Origin: Neovahlkampfia damariscottae
Taxonomy: Eukaryota
DNA: 64,000 nucleotides
Assembly: GCA_016618085.1 (NCBI GenBank)
Contig: JABLTG010000019.1
Location: 62,001 to 126,000 of the forward strand
Direction: 5' to 3'
The notes below the pieces were generated by a model, which worked only from the letters and a program-made list of their open reading frames with translations, was not told where the DNA came from and searched no databases. Below are positions 1-11,482 of the stretch, in pieces. Numbering within the stretch: the first letter of the stretch is position 1; each line of letters opens with the position of its first letter. Position numbers and translations under genes: made by a program.

Positions 1-1
1 T

Positions 2-640
2 GAACATAAAAATTTATCAAGTATCACTTCAGTTTTTGTTGAATACATTGAAGGAAAAGGAAAATATTTACCATGGGCAGATAGTAGATCAGATGAAATC
101 AAATCAATTGAAAAAAATTTAATCAAACTTAATCAAAATGGATTTTTAACAATTAACAGTCAACCTAAAGTCAATTGTGTAAAATCTGATGATCCAGTCC
201 ATGGATGGGGTGGTCCAGATGGTTATGTCTTTCAAAAAGCTTACGTTGAATTCTTTTGTTCACCTGAAAATGCTAAACTTTTAATGGAAGCTATTAAGAA
301 CTATCCATCTTTATCATATGAAGCAGTTAATGCAGAAGGAAAATTATTTTCCAATTCAAAGAATGCAATTAATGCTGTCACTTGGGGTGTATTTCCAGAC
401 TCAGAAATTAAACAACCAACCATCGTTGAAAAAGAAAGTTTCCTCCAATGGAAAACAGAAGCTTTTCATTTATGGAAAAAATGGGCTGAAATTTATGAAG
501 ACAATACAGAATCAAAAGGTTTAATTGAATTCATTCATGACAACTTTTATTTAATCAATATTGTTGATAATGATTTTGTTTCTGAAAAAACAGCAATTTA
601 CACATTGATTGATGAAATTATTGAAAAATCAAAAAAATAA
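2..640 (+). CDS. MTHFR: Methylenetetrahydrofolate reductase, C-terminal regulatory domain (5' end lies outside the window)
   Basis: Open frame from nt 2 encodes GFLTINSQPKVN...GWGGPDGYVFQKAYVEFF and NAVTWGVFP..EIKQPTIV, the hallmark motifs of the eukaryotic MTHFR SAM-binding domain. Confidence 0.95.
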   Translation, partial: EHKNLSSITSVFVEYIEGKGKYLPWADSRSDEIKSIEKNLIKLNQNGFLTINSQPKVNCVKSDDPVHGWGGPDGYVFQKAYVEFFCSPENAKLLMEAIKNYPSLSYEAVNAEGKLFSNSKNAINAVTWGVFPDSEIKQPTIVEKESFLQWKTEAFHLWKKWAEIYEDNTESKGLIEFIHDNFYLINIVDNDFVSEKTAIYTLIDEIIEKSKK

Positions 641-805
641 AATTTAATATTGAAACATTAACACATTATTTGAAAAAAAAACCTTGTTTGGTTGAAACAC
701 CACCACTCTTTAACTTGAAAATAACTTATAAAGACACTAATTGTTTGGGTGTCTTTTTAAATTGACAATACAAAATAATTTATTTGGTCTCTGTGCAAAA
801 ACAAC

Positions 806-1087
806 TTAAGAAAATAATTTATTTAATTCTTCTTCGAATTTGAAGTTGTTTACAATTGGTTTTTTTTTTACATTATAATTTCTGTAAGTTGTTGTTTTTG
901 GTTCTTTTTCAGAATTTTGATAAACTTTTTGAACTGTTAATTTTTTTTTTTTTTTTTTACGTTGGTTTAAGAATTTTGATGCTTCAACTGAGTTGAAATT
1001 TTTCTGCGGTACTTTTTGATTTTTTGGTTTATTTTGTGTTGTGTTTTTTTTATTGTCAACATTCTTCTTTTTGTTTTGATTTTGCAT
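806..1087 (-). CDS. Small basic hypothetical protein (probable in-frame poly-A intron near 933-960)
   Basis: ORF MQNQNKKK...LNKLFS; CCAAT box (ATTGG 1097-1101) about 10 nt upstream of the ATG; the poly-K stretch is GT-polyA-CAG, i.e. intron-like. Confidence 0.55.
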   Translation of the reverse strand: MQNQNKKKNVDNKKNTTQNKPKNQKVPQKNFNSVEASKFLNQRKKKKKKLTVQKVYQNSEKEPKTTTYRNYNVKKKPIVNNFKFEEELNKLFS

Positions 1088-1164
1088 TTTAATATTATTG
1101 GTTGTTTTTAAACCAATCATTTCATTTTATATTTACCGCTGAAAAATACCAAAAAACAGGAAGA

Positions 1165-2365
1165 ATGAATAAATCAGTGGATTGGATTGATGAACAAATA
1201 GACCTCCATAAAAAACATGTAAACAAAAAAAACACTAAAAAAAAACATTCTTAGGTGACATTCTCTGCACTTAGTCAAGAATTAAAAGTATCTTCTGATC
1301 AAGCAAAACAGTAAGTTAAACTTAAATATCAAATAATTCATTTGAGATTATTGTATGAATACACACTCCAAAGATCTTCAGTTGTTTCAATATCGTATAT
1401 AATTTCAGGTTTATTAGCTGAGACCAACCAACACCTTGTTAAAATTGTCTCAAAAAAAGATTTGAATGGTAAGAAAAAAGTAATTCAATGCTAAAAAAAA
1501 AAAAGAAAATTTAAAAAAATTTTCAAAAATTTATTCACAACATGTTTATGGAGTTTCACCAAGTGAACCAAAAGTACTTAATGATATTTGGAACACAAAT
1601 TACAATAAAGAATTCAATAATAGTTCAATTGAAAGAATAAAACAAAAAACAAAAAGAGTTGAACAAAAAAATATCACAAAAGAAATAAAAAAAGAAATAA
1701 AAAAAGAAATAAAAAAAGAAATCAAAAAAGAAAAAAAAGAAGAGAAAAACGAAACAAAACCAAAAGTTATTCAAAAAGATAATCCAATTCAAAAAAAAGA
1801 AACTGTTAAGAAATCAAAAAAAGGAACAATTGAAGGTTTTCAAAAAGTCAAAGAAAAACCAAAAACATCTCCTCTTGAAATTAAAACACAAAAATTGTCA
1901 AAAAAAGAGGATGCAATGGAAATTGAAGAAAAACTTGAAAAGGTTGAAAAATCAAAAAAACTTGTTAGGAAAGTAGAATCAAAACCTCAAGAATCACCAA
2001 AATCAAAATCACCAAAAGAAGAAAAATCAACAAAAAAGAGAAAAAGAGCAGTAGTTTCTGATGATGAAGAATCAGAAGAAGAAAAAGAAATGCCAGTCCT
2101 AAAAAAGAAAAAAACAAGAACAGTAAAAAAAACGATTAAAGAACGTGATGAAAAAGGATTCAAAGTTACAAAAGAAGTACTTGTTGAGGAAGAGATTACA
2201 GACGACGATGAACAAGATGAAATAAAACCAAATAAAAATAAAACGGTAAAAAAAACCCCACCTCCAAAAGATGAAAAAAAAAAATCCCCTTCTTCAAAAA
2301 AACAAGATTTGAAAAAGAAACCACTTAAAACTGCTACCATTACAAGTTTCTTCAAAAAGAAATAA
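1165..2365 (+). CDS. POLD3: DNA polymerase delta subunit 3 (Pol32/Cdc27), 3 introns
   Basis: Spliced N-terminus VTFSALSQELKVSSDQAKQLLYEY; RDEKGFKVTKEV motif; C-terminal PIP-like ITSFFKKK. Introns 1219-1254, 1311-1346 and ~1469-1505. Confidence 0.85.
1679..1735 (+). repeat. 12-nt coding tandem repeat (AAAGAAATAAAA, ~4 copies; KEIK) inside POLD3
   Basis: Directly visible aaagaaataaaa units. Confidence 0.7.
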
Positions 2366-2371
2366 AAAAAT

Positions 2372-2885
2372 TCATTTTCTTAAAGAACGAATTTTGAAAT
2401 CTAGAATCATCAATTCATGCAAAATTGTGAATTCTTTTGATGATTCAAATCGGTTTTCAGTTTGAACTTTTGCATCTTTTTTTTGAATGATTTGAGTTTG
2501 ATTTCCGATAGTCCTAGTGGTAATTCTCTTTTCTGAATTGTAGTCAGTGAAACTGTCTGGTATTTCCAATGATTGACTCTCTAAATAATTTTTGAAATTT
2601 TCATACATATTGTCTGTCTCATTCAATAATTCAGATTGAAGATTTGAAAGGTAAAAGGCTTTGATTTAAGTTATGGGTGATTTTAGTATACCTGTTTCTT
2701 CGCAATGAGCAGTCAATGAACAAATATTGGCGACCTTATTTTTTAGTGTGGTTGTCAAGAATTACTTGTAGTTTTAATTCTTCAAGCATAACATGTTTCA
2801 TATCTATTGATTTTGGTGGCAAAAAGTCAGTTTGTTTGAATTTTTTGCGAAGTGGTTGTTCCTCTTGGACTGAGTTTCGCATCAT
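2372..2885 (-). CDS. Hypothetical protein, 2 introns
   Basis: MIRNSVQEEQPLRKKF... joins the 2372-2626 ORF in frame after removing two ~31-33 nt GT-AG introns; CCAAT 7 nt upstream. Confidence 0.6.
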
Positions 2886-3085
2886 TGTTTAATTGGACAA
2901 AGCAGTTTGATTTGATCATATTTTCGGTTTTTCAAAATATTTACAAAAGTTGAGAATTTTTTTTTCAAAAGTTTTCTTAGCTCCACTTTTCCTTTCTTTT
3001 TCTGCTTCTGTCAAACCAGGCCAGGGATAGATTCAAGTAAAGATTCAGGTAAAAGAGAATTCAAAAATATAAATTTATTCAAAGT

Positions 3086-3708
3086 TCACATCATCAAACA
3101 ATCATTTTTTTGAGGTTGATGTTTTGGAATTCTATTTTTATAAATTTCGTCAACTAATGTGTAAAACACTTCTTCAACATTGATACATTCTTTCACTGAC
3201 ATTTCAAAGAAATGTATTTTTTGGTATTTTGAGATGAAATCTTTTCCTTCATCAAAACTAATTTCTCTTTTGTCTTCCAAATCAATTTTATTTCCAATGA
3301 CAATAATTGGAAAATCATCTACATCTTTGACTCTGTAAATTGTTTCAATTTCTTGAGCCACTTGTTCAAATGTTCTTTTATTTGTAATATCATAAAGTAT
3401 CAGAAAGCCTTCTGGATAACGATACTTTTGGTCATTGTAACCCCAACACTCTTTCAAAAATTCAAAAACAAAAAAAAAAACATACCATCATAACCTGTTG
3501 TATCTAAAATATCAAGTACAATATCTTCTCCTTGGTATTTTATCTGTTTTCTATAGCTATCTTCAATAGTTGGATCATATTCTTCAACAAAAACATTTTG
3601 TACAAATTGAACTGTCAATGTTGACTTTCCAACACCTAATAATTTATTATTAAATATTTCAATACCTCCATCTCCAAGTATAGCTATTTTACACAATTCC
3701 TTGGACAT
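3086..3708 (-). CDS. Ras-family small GTPase with divergent switch II, 2 introns
   Basis: GDGGVGKS after removing intron 3636-3665; effector loop [17 protein letters not shown]; CaaX CLMM. Second intron 3451-3485. Confidence 0.93.
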
Positions 3709-3872
3709 TAACTCGAAACAAGAAGTTAAAAATAGTGCAAAGTTCTAATTGGTTCTTTAAATCAAAAAAAAAAATTTCCAGAATGAGTACCTTTCTATGA
3801 AACGTCTTTCACTTTGATAATCAAAGGCAACATTCAATAATTCTGTGACATGGTCATTGATAACTTTACCAT

Positions 3873-6371
3873 TTGTTGCTATTTTGTCAAAGAAGACATG
3901 TTGAAACATCCATTTCTTATTATAATTGCAAGCTAATGCACATGATTTATAAAGACTTCAAAATTACGAACCAATCACAAGTTGGAAAACCATTTACAGA
4001 TTTTTGCACTTTAAATCGGGAAAATTTGCTTGATTGGTCAATACATGTACCAATGGGAATGAAGCATCTCACAGCAATTTTCTTGTGCCTGGTTGTTTTT
4101 TCAGTCTCTCTGCCATCTTTTAGGTGCAGAAGAGCAAACGTTTTAGAACTTGGAGAAGAGTCAGTTGAACCATGTGAAGACAAATCTGTTATTCAGTTCA
4201 GATGTACAAACTGTCTTTTTGAAGGATTTTTTGACGTTGATAAACAATTAAAACTATCCAAAGATCAAAAACTTCTTTACTCCTGGGCTTGTAGTAGTCC
4301 TGGTTTCCAGCCAAAGTAACTATTTATTTTTTTTTCATAACACATTCTACTCAGAAACCAAGAACTTTATGAACCTATATCTATTTATTACAAGCAATTG
4401 ACGGCTGGAATTCTTGGAAAATCACCATCTGATGTTGATGCACTTTCAAAATCAGAATTGCTTGAATGGGCTGAAAAGAATGGTCTTTCTTCAAATAACA
4501 CGGTAGCTTTAGAACTTGGAAGACTTTATGTTACTGGATTAAGATCTTTAGTTCAACTTTGTGTTGAAAAAGGAATCAATCAAGAAAAACTAAATGCAGC
4601 TTTGGATCAAAGAGAAAACATCGCCATCAATGACGCAAATGCTCAAAGAAACACAACAATTAGATATCAATCACTTCAAGGTACATCAGTTTTACACAAA
4701 GCATATTCAGACAAAATAGAAAATTCAGAAAAGGAAATGTTGGCTGCAAAAATTAAGAAAAATCTAATTATTGCCCAATCATCAAGCATTTTATCGTTAT
4801 ATCAACAATTATATGCTGTCAATCAAAATTCAATGGATTTTTATTTTGATGCCGATATTGAAAGATCAAGCACCGTTTTGAGAGCAATGAAAAAATTAGT
4901 TAATGGAATAGTGGCAAAATACAGAAGGAAAGATTCTTCAGTACTTTTTTCATTTCTTTTTGAAAAAAAAATTAAAGAGTATCTTGCAGAGCTTAAAAAA
5001 CAAAAAGAAATGATGGAAACAATTCAAAAACAACAGCAACAACAAAATAAATATGGAGGGGAAGTTCGTGGAAATAAAAATGGGAGAGAAAGCAAAAAAG
5101 ATAAAAAAAGTGGTTCCAATCGTGGTTTAGCATTCAATTTTCCTAAATTCAACTTCAAAACTGATAACTCTGTCGTCAAAGAAGCTGTTGATGAATTCAT
5201 TGCAAGTCAAAAATACATTTCATCAAGTTTCACACTCATCAAACAAAAATTACGTGAATTTTATGTTGAATTTACAGTTACACAAAATGAGAGAGTTTTT
5301 TGTGATTTGAGTTCATTTGAAAGTTTCAAAGACAAAATCAGACATGAGTCTGGATCAACACTTTCCCAAAGATACGGATTTTCTCCTTCATTCAACCCAA
5401 TCACTTCAATTGATGGGTTATTAACTAGTCGCAACGCAAACTGTGCAGTAAAGTGTCTAAATTTCAAACCAAAAGAAGTATCTGTTGAAGAAAAGATTCA
5501 AGCATCCAAACAAAAAGTTTCAACTGTTGGAGAACAATTGGATCGTTTTCGTGAGATTGTTGGATTTCTTGAAAAAATTGTCAACATCAAATCATCATCT
5601 TCTCAATCAAAATCTTTTTTTTCGAGTGCAGCAAAAAAAAATAATGAACAAGCAAAAGAAGAAAAATTATATCAAAAAAAAGATGCAGAAGAAAGACAAG
5701 AAAAAGAAAGTGTTGCGACATTAGGCAAAAAAAGAGAACCACAAATTGATCCTAAATTGACATCTTTGCATCAAGAACTAACTGCTTATTTGGAATCTAA
5801 TAAAATTCAAAGTATCATCAAATCTGATAGTATCAAAATTGAAAAAACTGCATTTTTGACATATCAAAAAGGTAAAAATAAAAGATCAAAAGTTTCATTA
5901 ACAAACTCATTGGCTCAAATTATTTCATTTTTATATGAAATTCAATCATTTGAAGGACCATATCAAAACATTGTTTCTGGAATTTATGATTATTTAGATC
6001 GAAGAAGCGTTCAAGATATCAAACGTGGAAGAAATCTCTTCACTTCAAGATCATCACATTCATCATCATTCTTCAGAAGAGAAAAAGAAGAAAAATACTC
6101 ATCAAGAAGAGAACATGGTGAAAAATACCCAGCATCATATCCAAGATCAAATTCAAGAAAAAAGGAAATAGATGAATACTATATGTGGGCAGAAGAAGAC
6201 AATAAGAAAACAAAAAAATTGAAACAAGAAATTTCAAAATATGATGTCAATATTGACATCAGAAATAATGGAAATAGAAATGGTTATGGATATGGAAATG
6301 GAATTCGACATTTCTTTAGTGGCTCAAGAAAATCAGCTGTGGTTGTGGAAGAATACCTTGAAGATGAATAA
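3873..6371 (+). CDS. Large hypothetical protein (~800 aa) with Cys-containing N-terminus and low-complexity C-terminus; start codon uncertain
   Basis: ORFs 3873-4319 and 4398-6371 join in frame through intron 4316-4354; no family recognised. Confidence 0.65.
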
Positions 6372-6418
6372 AAATTTCAAATTTGTTTCAAAAATACTTT
6401 TATTATCAAAATTGAAAT

Positions 6419-7470
6419 TTAATGAATTTGATGAAAAACAGCAATCATTATTTCTGTAAAAATCAATGCAATAATCAAAATTTCACTAATTTCCGACTTG
6501 AATGAATGTCTAGATTCCATGTAAAATTTTGAAGAAGTTGAAATGAATTCTAATTTATCAGCGATGATTTTATACCTTTCATCAATTTCAAAATCTTCAT
6601 TCAAACATTCAAAAATATCAGAGTATTGACTGACATTCCAAGTTACTTCTGGTCTATCAAATAATTTAATATTCACCAACAAATCACATTGCAAAGCATT
6701 ACTTTGAGCAATAACTGGAACTAATTGTTTCTCTTCTCTTTTTAAAATCAATTGTTTTGTAAAAAAACTTACTTTTTCGAAATACTTCCTTTCTTTGATA
6801 ATATTCCTTCATTCAATTTTCTAAACTCAATTAAAACTTTATCAACTTCTTTTTCACGATGTTTTAAAGCAACACTTCTCGAAATAACACTACAAATAAT
6901 GTTCAAATTATTTAAATTCAATTTTTGAACAACCAATGTGTCTTTTGTTAATTTGAACCAATTCTTGATATCTGGATTAACAATGATGTTTAAATCATCT
7001 TGAATTGAATTTCCATTGTTTTTTTGATGACATTGTAAATTCTCTGTCCATACTTTTTGATCTTTTTCGGCAACATTTACAAAAGCAACACTTCCGTAAC
7101 TATAAATTGTCATAAAGGAGTCTTTTTCATCATTTACAATTTTTTCTTCATGACTTAAATTCTTTCTATACCTTAATTCTTCAAATTCTTCTTCAAATAT
7201 TGGTAAGTTTTTATTTTCTTCTTCTTTGGAAAATTGAAGAAAAATTGAACGTTTTGTTTTGATTATTTTTGAAAAATTTGTATCTTTGGAAAATTTTGAA
7301 CTCAATGTATCTAAATCAAACTTTTGTCTATTCCAAAAAAAAAAAAATTAAAACTTGAAACAATTTTCATACTCTAAATAATGAGAATTCATTGGAACAT
7401 TAAGTAAATTTGTTGAGTATCTATTTGTCAAAGATTTATGCTGAAAGTTTTTTTGGATTCTTTTTAACAT
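6419..7470 (-). CDS. RMD1/RMND1-family (DUF155) protein, probably mitochondrial, 2 introns
   Basis: YSYGSVAFVN, VISRSVAL, DRPEVTW, FEIDERY..IADKLEFI and C-terminal SEILIIALIFTEI; basic presequence-like N-terminus MLKRIQK. Confidence 0.85.
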
Positions 7471-7588
7471 GATGTTTTGTGAAGAATGATGTCCAAGTGG
7501 TTGACTTTGCAGTTGATTTCGGAAATATTTGTCCAATTAAAATGTTCCAAACCTCAAGAAAAAAAAAGCAATTGCTTCAAATAATTTT

Positions 7589-8244
7589 TTATTCTTCATC
7601 CATTAAATCATGTTTAAAATTCTTTTTGTAATTTTTTTTATGTTTGTGAGTTACAGTTTCCCATTCATCATCTTCTTTCATTTTTTCTTCTTCTTCTTCT
7701 TCCTCTTCATCACTTACAATATCCTCATCTTTTAAATCTTTTCCGTCAATTTCTTCTTCTTGTTCTTTTTTTTTCTTTTCAGAACTTTGTTCATACTTTT
7801 TTCTGTCTTCTTTCATTTTTTTTTGTTTTTCTTCTAATTTTTTCATTTTTTGTTTTGCTACTTCAACAATTGGATGTTTACCAGTTTTTTCAAGTGACGA
7901 ATAAATTTTTAACACTTCTGTTGCAAATTCACCAACAGAAGGATCTTCAACCTCCACACCTATATCTTCTGTAATAACATCAGTCACATAATCTTCTATA
8001 TCTTTTGCAGAAACATCCTCTATTCAAAGTTAATTTGAAAGTTTATTGAATTACGATCCAAAACCCATTTAATTAAATTTTCTAGTAAATCATCCAATAA
8101 ATCATCAACTTCTTCATTTTCTTCATGATGATACATTCTTAGAATGTTTATGGTATCCCATTCTCCAAATAAAAATCTTATACTCAAAATGAAATCTTCT
8201 TCTGGAAACACAACTTTCTTTTCTTCAATTTTGTCAGTGCTCAT
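7589..8244 (-). CDS. TSR2: Pre-rRNA-processing protein TSR2, 1 intron
   Basis: FLFGEWDTI, DIEDYVTDVITEDIGVEVEDPSVGEFA, acidic tail with DDEWETV. Confidence 0.8.
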
Positions 8245-8298
8245 GATGATTGGTCAGTATCTCCGAACCAATCATTTTGTCAATTCAACTTTTTGAAG
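8245..8298. promoter_or_regulatory. 54-bp bidirectional promoter with two oppositely oriented CCAAT boxes
   Basis: ATTGG 8249-8253 and CCAAT 8268-8272 lie between divergent ATGs at 8244(-) and 8299(+). Confidence 0.65.
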
Positions 8299-9123
8299 AT
8301 GTACTCAACAAGTGCTTTGGAAGAAAAGAAAAAAAAACAAACCGAAGATGGTAATTATTGATGATGTTTAAAATATATATAGATGAGGTTCATGAGTATT
8401 TATACCAAAACGACAAAGAAATTCAACATTTTCAGCGCTCTTTTGTAACATTACCTTTAGAATACGACCAAAAAGCTATAATTTATGCAGATGATCCATA
8501 TTCAAGTAATTTATTATTATTTTAATGAAACAAATATTTTCAGGAAGGTTTTTTATTGCATTTTTCTTATCAACCGAATTTTCAGATTTTTCGTTGTTTA
8601 TGATCCACGAATGGACCATACCTCAGATCCATTTAAAAAAATGATTTTATTTTTATTTTCATCCCTGAAGGTTTATTTTTCCAATTTTAATTTTCAAGCT
8701 ATTTATTGCTACAGTCGGTTCCATTGTAATTTGTTCAAACAAAAATTTTAAAATTTAAAGTTATTTTGGGTTGGATGTTGGGATTTAATGGAATCTGAAG
8801 AATTATTTGAAACTTCTTTTCAAACTGAAATAATTACATTTTCAGTGGGAACTATAATTTTTGCATTTTTACAATTATTTTGTCAACTACCCTATATCAA
8901 AAGAGTATCAACAGATCCAAAATATAAATACTCTGGTATGATAATCAGAACTATCAGAGATACTATGGCTGTGTTTCTAGTGGTGGCAGTGTGGAAATCT
9001 CTTTATAATGTTTTTGAGTATTATTTGTGGGCTGAAACTTTATTGAGATGTTTATTATACACATTTGTAGGTTATTTTTGTTTAATTATGACTGATACTT
9101 TGACTCACAATACAGCTTTGTAA
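8299..9123 (+). CDS. Multi-pass membrane protein (possibly Fuseless-like), tandem paralog A; 5 introns and a 4-nt microexon
   Basis: Introns 8351-8382, 8506-8543, 8548-8585, 8671-8698 and 8726-8760 give one continuous frame with GSILFWVGCWD and AVWKSLYNVF motifs. Confidence 0.7.
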
Positions 9124-9176
9124 TTAAAATGTTCAGTTTTTTTTATTGTGATTTAATTGGTTTATTTTTCAACTTG

Positions 9177-9843
9177 ATGCAAGAAATCGATGAGTTTGAA
9201 GCTGTGACAGATGAAGAAATAACTTCTTATTATGTAACTCAAAATCAAAAATTACATCCTCCTACCATATTTTACAGACAAAAACATGCACCACAATTTG
9301 ATATATTCACTAACCCACTTCTGAAAAAAGCTACAACTTGGAAGAAATTTTTTATCGTGTTTTTTTCTTTAATACTAAGATTTTCAATGTCTAGTATTGG
9401 TTCTATGATTTTCTGGGTTGGAATTTGGTTTGAAAAAACAGCATTTAACACTAACACAAAAAAAAAGGGATACTTTTGAATATTATGTATTTCCAGTTTC
9501 ATTTTGGACTGAATTTTTTGTAACCATTGGAGGTCTAACAGGATATTTTTTTTTAATTCTTCTTTTTCAAATACCAATACTTGCAGAGTGGGAACTTAAT
9601 AAACATTGGATTGGATGGTTCACACGATGTTTCAGAGATTCCATAGCTATTTTTTTATGTACTCTATGTTGGAAAGGTAAAAAAAAAATCAAAAAAATTT
9701 TAACACTTTCCTCAAAAGGTATTTATAATATTTTTGATTTATACACCTTCGAATCAACGCTGACAAGAAATATTATTTATGTAATTATTGGATACATATC
9801 TTTTATTATTACTGGGACACTTCATTATAACACCCAAATTTAA
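9177..9843 (+). CDS. Multi-pass membrane protein, tandem paralog B; 2 introns
   Basis: GSMIFWVGIWD, RCFRDSIAIFL..CWKGIYNIFD and TLHYNT align with paralog A; introns 9428-9467 and 9677-9718. Confidence 0.72.
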
Positions 9844-9886
9844 TTAATTCATTACATTTTTATTATTATCCAATCACCTTTTTTTT

Positions 9887-11050
9887 ATGAGCAACACTGT
9901 GGAATCAGTCGAGTCAGACTTTGAGTTTATTTATTTGAACGATTATCTGTATGAAATACTTTCTTATGTAGATCTTAAAGATGCCGTATCTTGTTCATTA
10001 GTCAACAAAAAGTTTTATAAAATAATCAAAGAATCAATTGATCAAATCTACGTGAAGAAAATTACAGGTACAAAGAATATCAGTTTTAGAAGAGGACATA
10101 GAACGGAATTAACTCCAGATGGAAAGGATTTTTTCATTTCTGGAGGATTTGCAGGTGGAAGTCATAAGAATGATGTTATGATGTTTTGTACAAGAAAACA
10201 AGAATGGAAAACAATTAAAGATCATAACAAGGATTCAAAAGATTCTGGACGTTCATTTCATTGCTTTACTTACATTGGAAACATGAAATATTTATATGGT
10301 TTGGGATATACAAACTGGTTTGAAGATGAAAATCCGAAGAGCTTATTTTATTACAATTTCAATGATAAAAAGAAACAGTTTACAGTTGAAAAAACACTCT
10401 TTAATGGAGATCCAATCAGTGGAAGAGAATCTTTTTCATCTCATTTTATTTCAAGCAAAAATATTGTTGTATTCTTTGGTGGAAACTCAGAGAAATTAGG
10501 AGCTGAAACTAAAAATATTCTAGTTATTCTTGATTTGAACACAAATAGTTGGGTGTATCCTAAGACTGATTGGGAATTCAAACCAAGACATGGACATGCA
10601 TCTTCATTGATGAAAAATGAAAACATCATTATTTGTGGTGGAAAAAATGATAAAAATGAGTATTATGATGATATTTGCATTTTAGATACCGAAAATTGGT
10701 CCATGAAGACTCTTGATTTCACAATGTCTGTCAGAAATGCTCATCAAATTAGATCTTGCATTTTTAATGAAAAATTGATTATTTATGGTGGTTTGTATGA
10801 AAATTATTCACAAAGTGGAGATATGAGTATTTTAGATTTGAAAACTTTCAAATTCATTCCAAAATCAAAAATGATTCATCAAGATTCAATTGAAAAAGTT
10901 TACGGACATGATATGATTTGTTTACCAAAAATTGGATGTTTTATTCATGCTGGATGTGGACCTAGTGGATCATCAAATGCTAAGCATTTCATAACTGACT
11001 ATTTATTGTTACTTGTCTTTTGGAATGACCTGAATTCAATTGACGAATAA
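9887..11050 (+). CDS. F-box / kelch-repeat protein (intronless)
   Basis: N-terminal LNDYLYEILSYVD..SCSLVNKKF F-box, then kelch repeats (R.GH...GG, R..H...GG). Confidence 0.85.
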   Translation: MSNTVESVESDFEFIYLNDYLYEILSYVDLKDAVSCSLVNKKFYKIIKESIDQIYVKKITGTKNISFRRGHRTELTPDGKDFFISGGFAGGSHKNDVMMFCTRKQEWKTIKDHNKDSKDSGRSFHCFTYIGNMKYLYGLGYTNWFEDENPKSLFYYNFNDKKKQFTVEKTLFNGDPISGRESFSSHFISSKNIVVFFGGNSEKLGAETKNILVILDLNTNSWVYPKTDWEFKPRHGHASSLMKNENIIICGGKNDKNEYYDDICILDTENWSMKTLDFTMSVRNAHQIRSCIFNEKLIIYGGLYENYSQSGDMSILDLKTFKFIPKSKMIHQDSIEKVYGHDMICLPKIGCFIHAGCGPSGSSNAKHFITDYLLLLVFWNDLNSIDE

Positions 11051-11142
11051 AACTGCTTTGTCTCATCATTCCCAAAATCTTGTTGAATTTCTCGTTGATT
11101 GAAAGTTTAAAAGTTTGTTTTATGATGTTTTTTTGTTGTTTT

Positions 11143-11325
11143 TCAAATGAAAAATGATAGTGTAAAAATTAGAAGATAGATGAAAATCATGGTGATGGTT
11201 ACACACGCACAACAACTCCAGTTCATCAACAAATTCTTCAAAATTTTTGGTTTGTATTTGAATTTGAATGGTTTATCATATTTTTCAAATTCCAAAAACT
11301 CCAATACATCTGTTTTTTCATACAT
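11143..11325 (-). CDS. Small (60 aa) tail-anchored membrane protein
   Basis: Hydrophobic C-terminus preceded by CCAC; CCAATC ~25 nt upstream of the ATG, as in other genes here. Confidence 0.45.
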   Translation of the reverse strand: MYEKTDVLEFLEFEKYDKPFKFKYKPKILKNLLMNWSCCACVTITMIFIYLLIFTLSFFI

Positions 11326-11482
11326 CCCTTTTTTAAAAATAGAATATGATTGGATAAAAAACAGGACATCAAAACTGTCTTTTTTTTTTCTTCAGATATT
11401 GTTTCAAAGTTGAAAAAAAATGTTGAATTGTTTTCACTTCAACAAATCAATTTGATTGGCGTAACATTGAATTCAAAAAAAA

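Noticed and set aside
730..757. Hairpin AAAGACAC...GTGTCTTT between convergent genes
   Set aside because: An 8-bp stem with no recognisable ncRNA boxes is insufficient evidence.
2915..3030. Minus-strand coding-like fragment (YPWPGLTEAEKERKSG...)
   Set aside because: No start codon or joinable upstream exon and no recognisable homology; at most an unassignable remnant.
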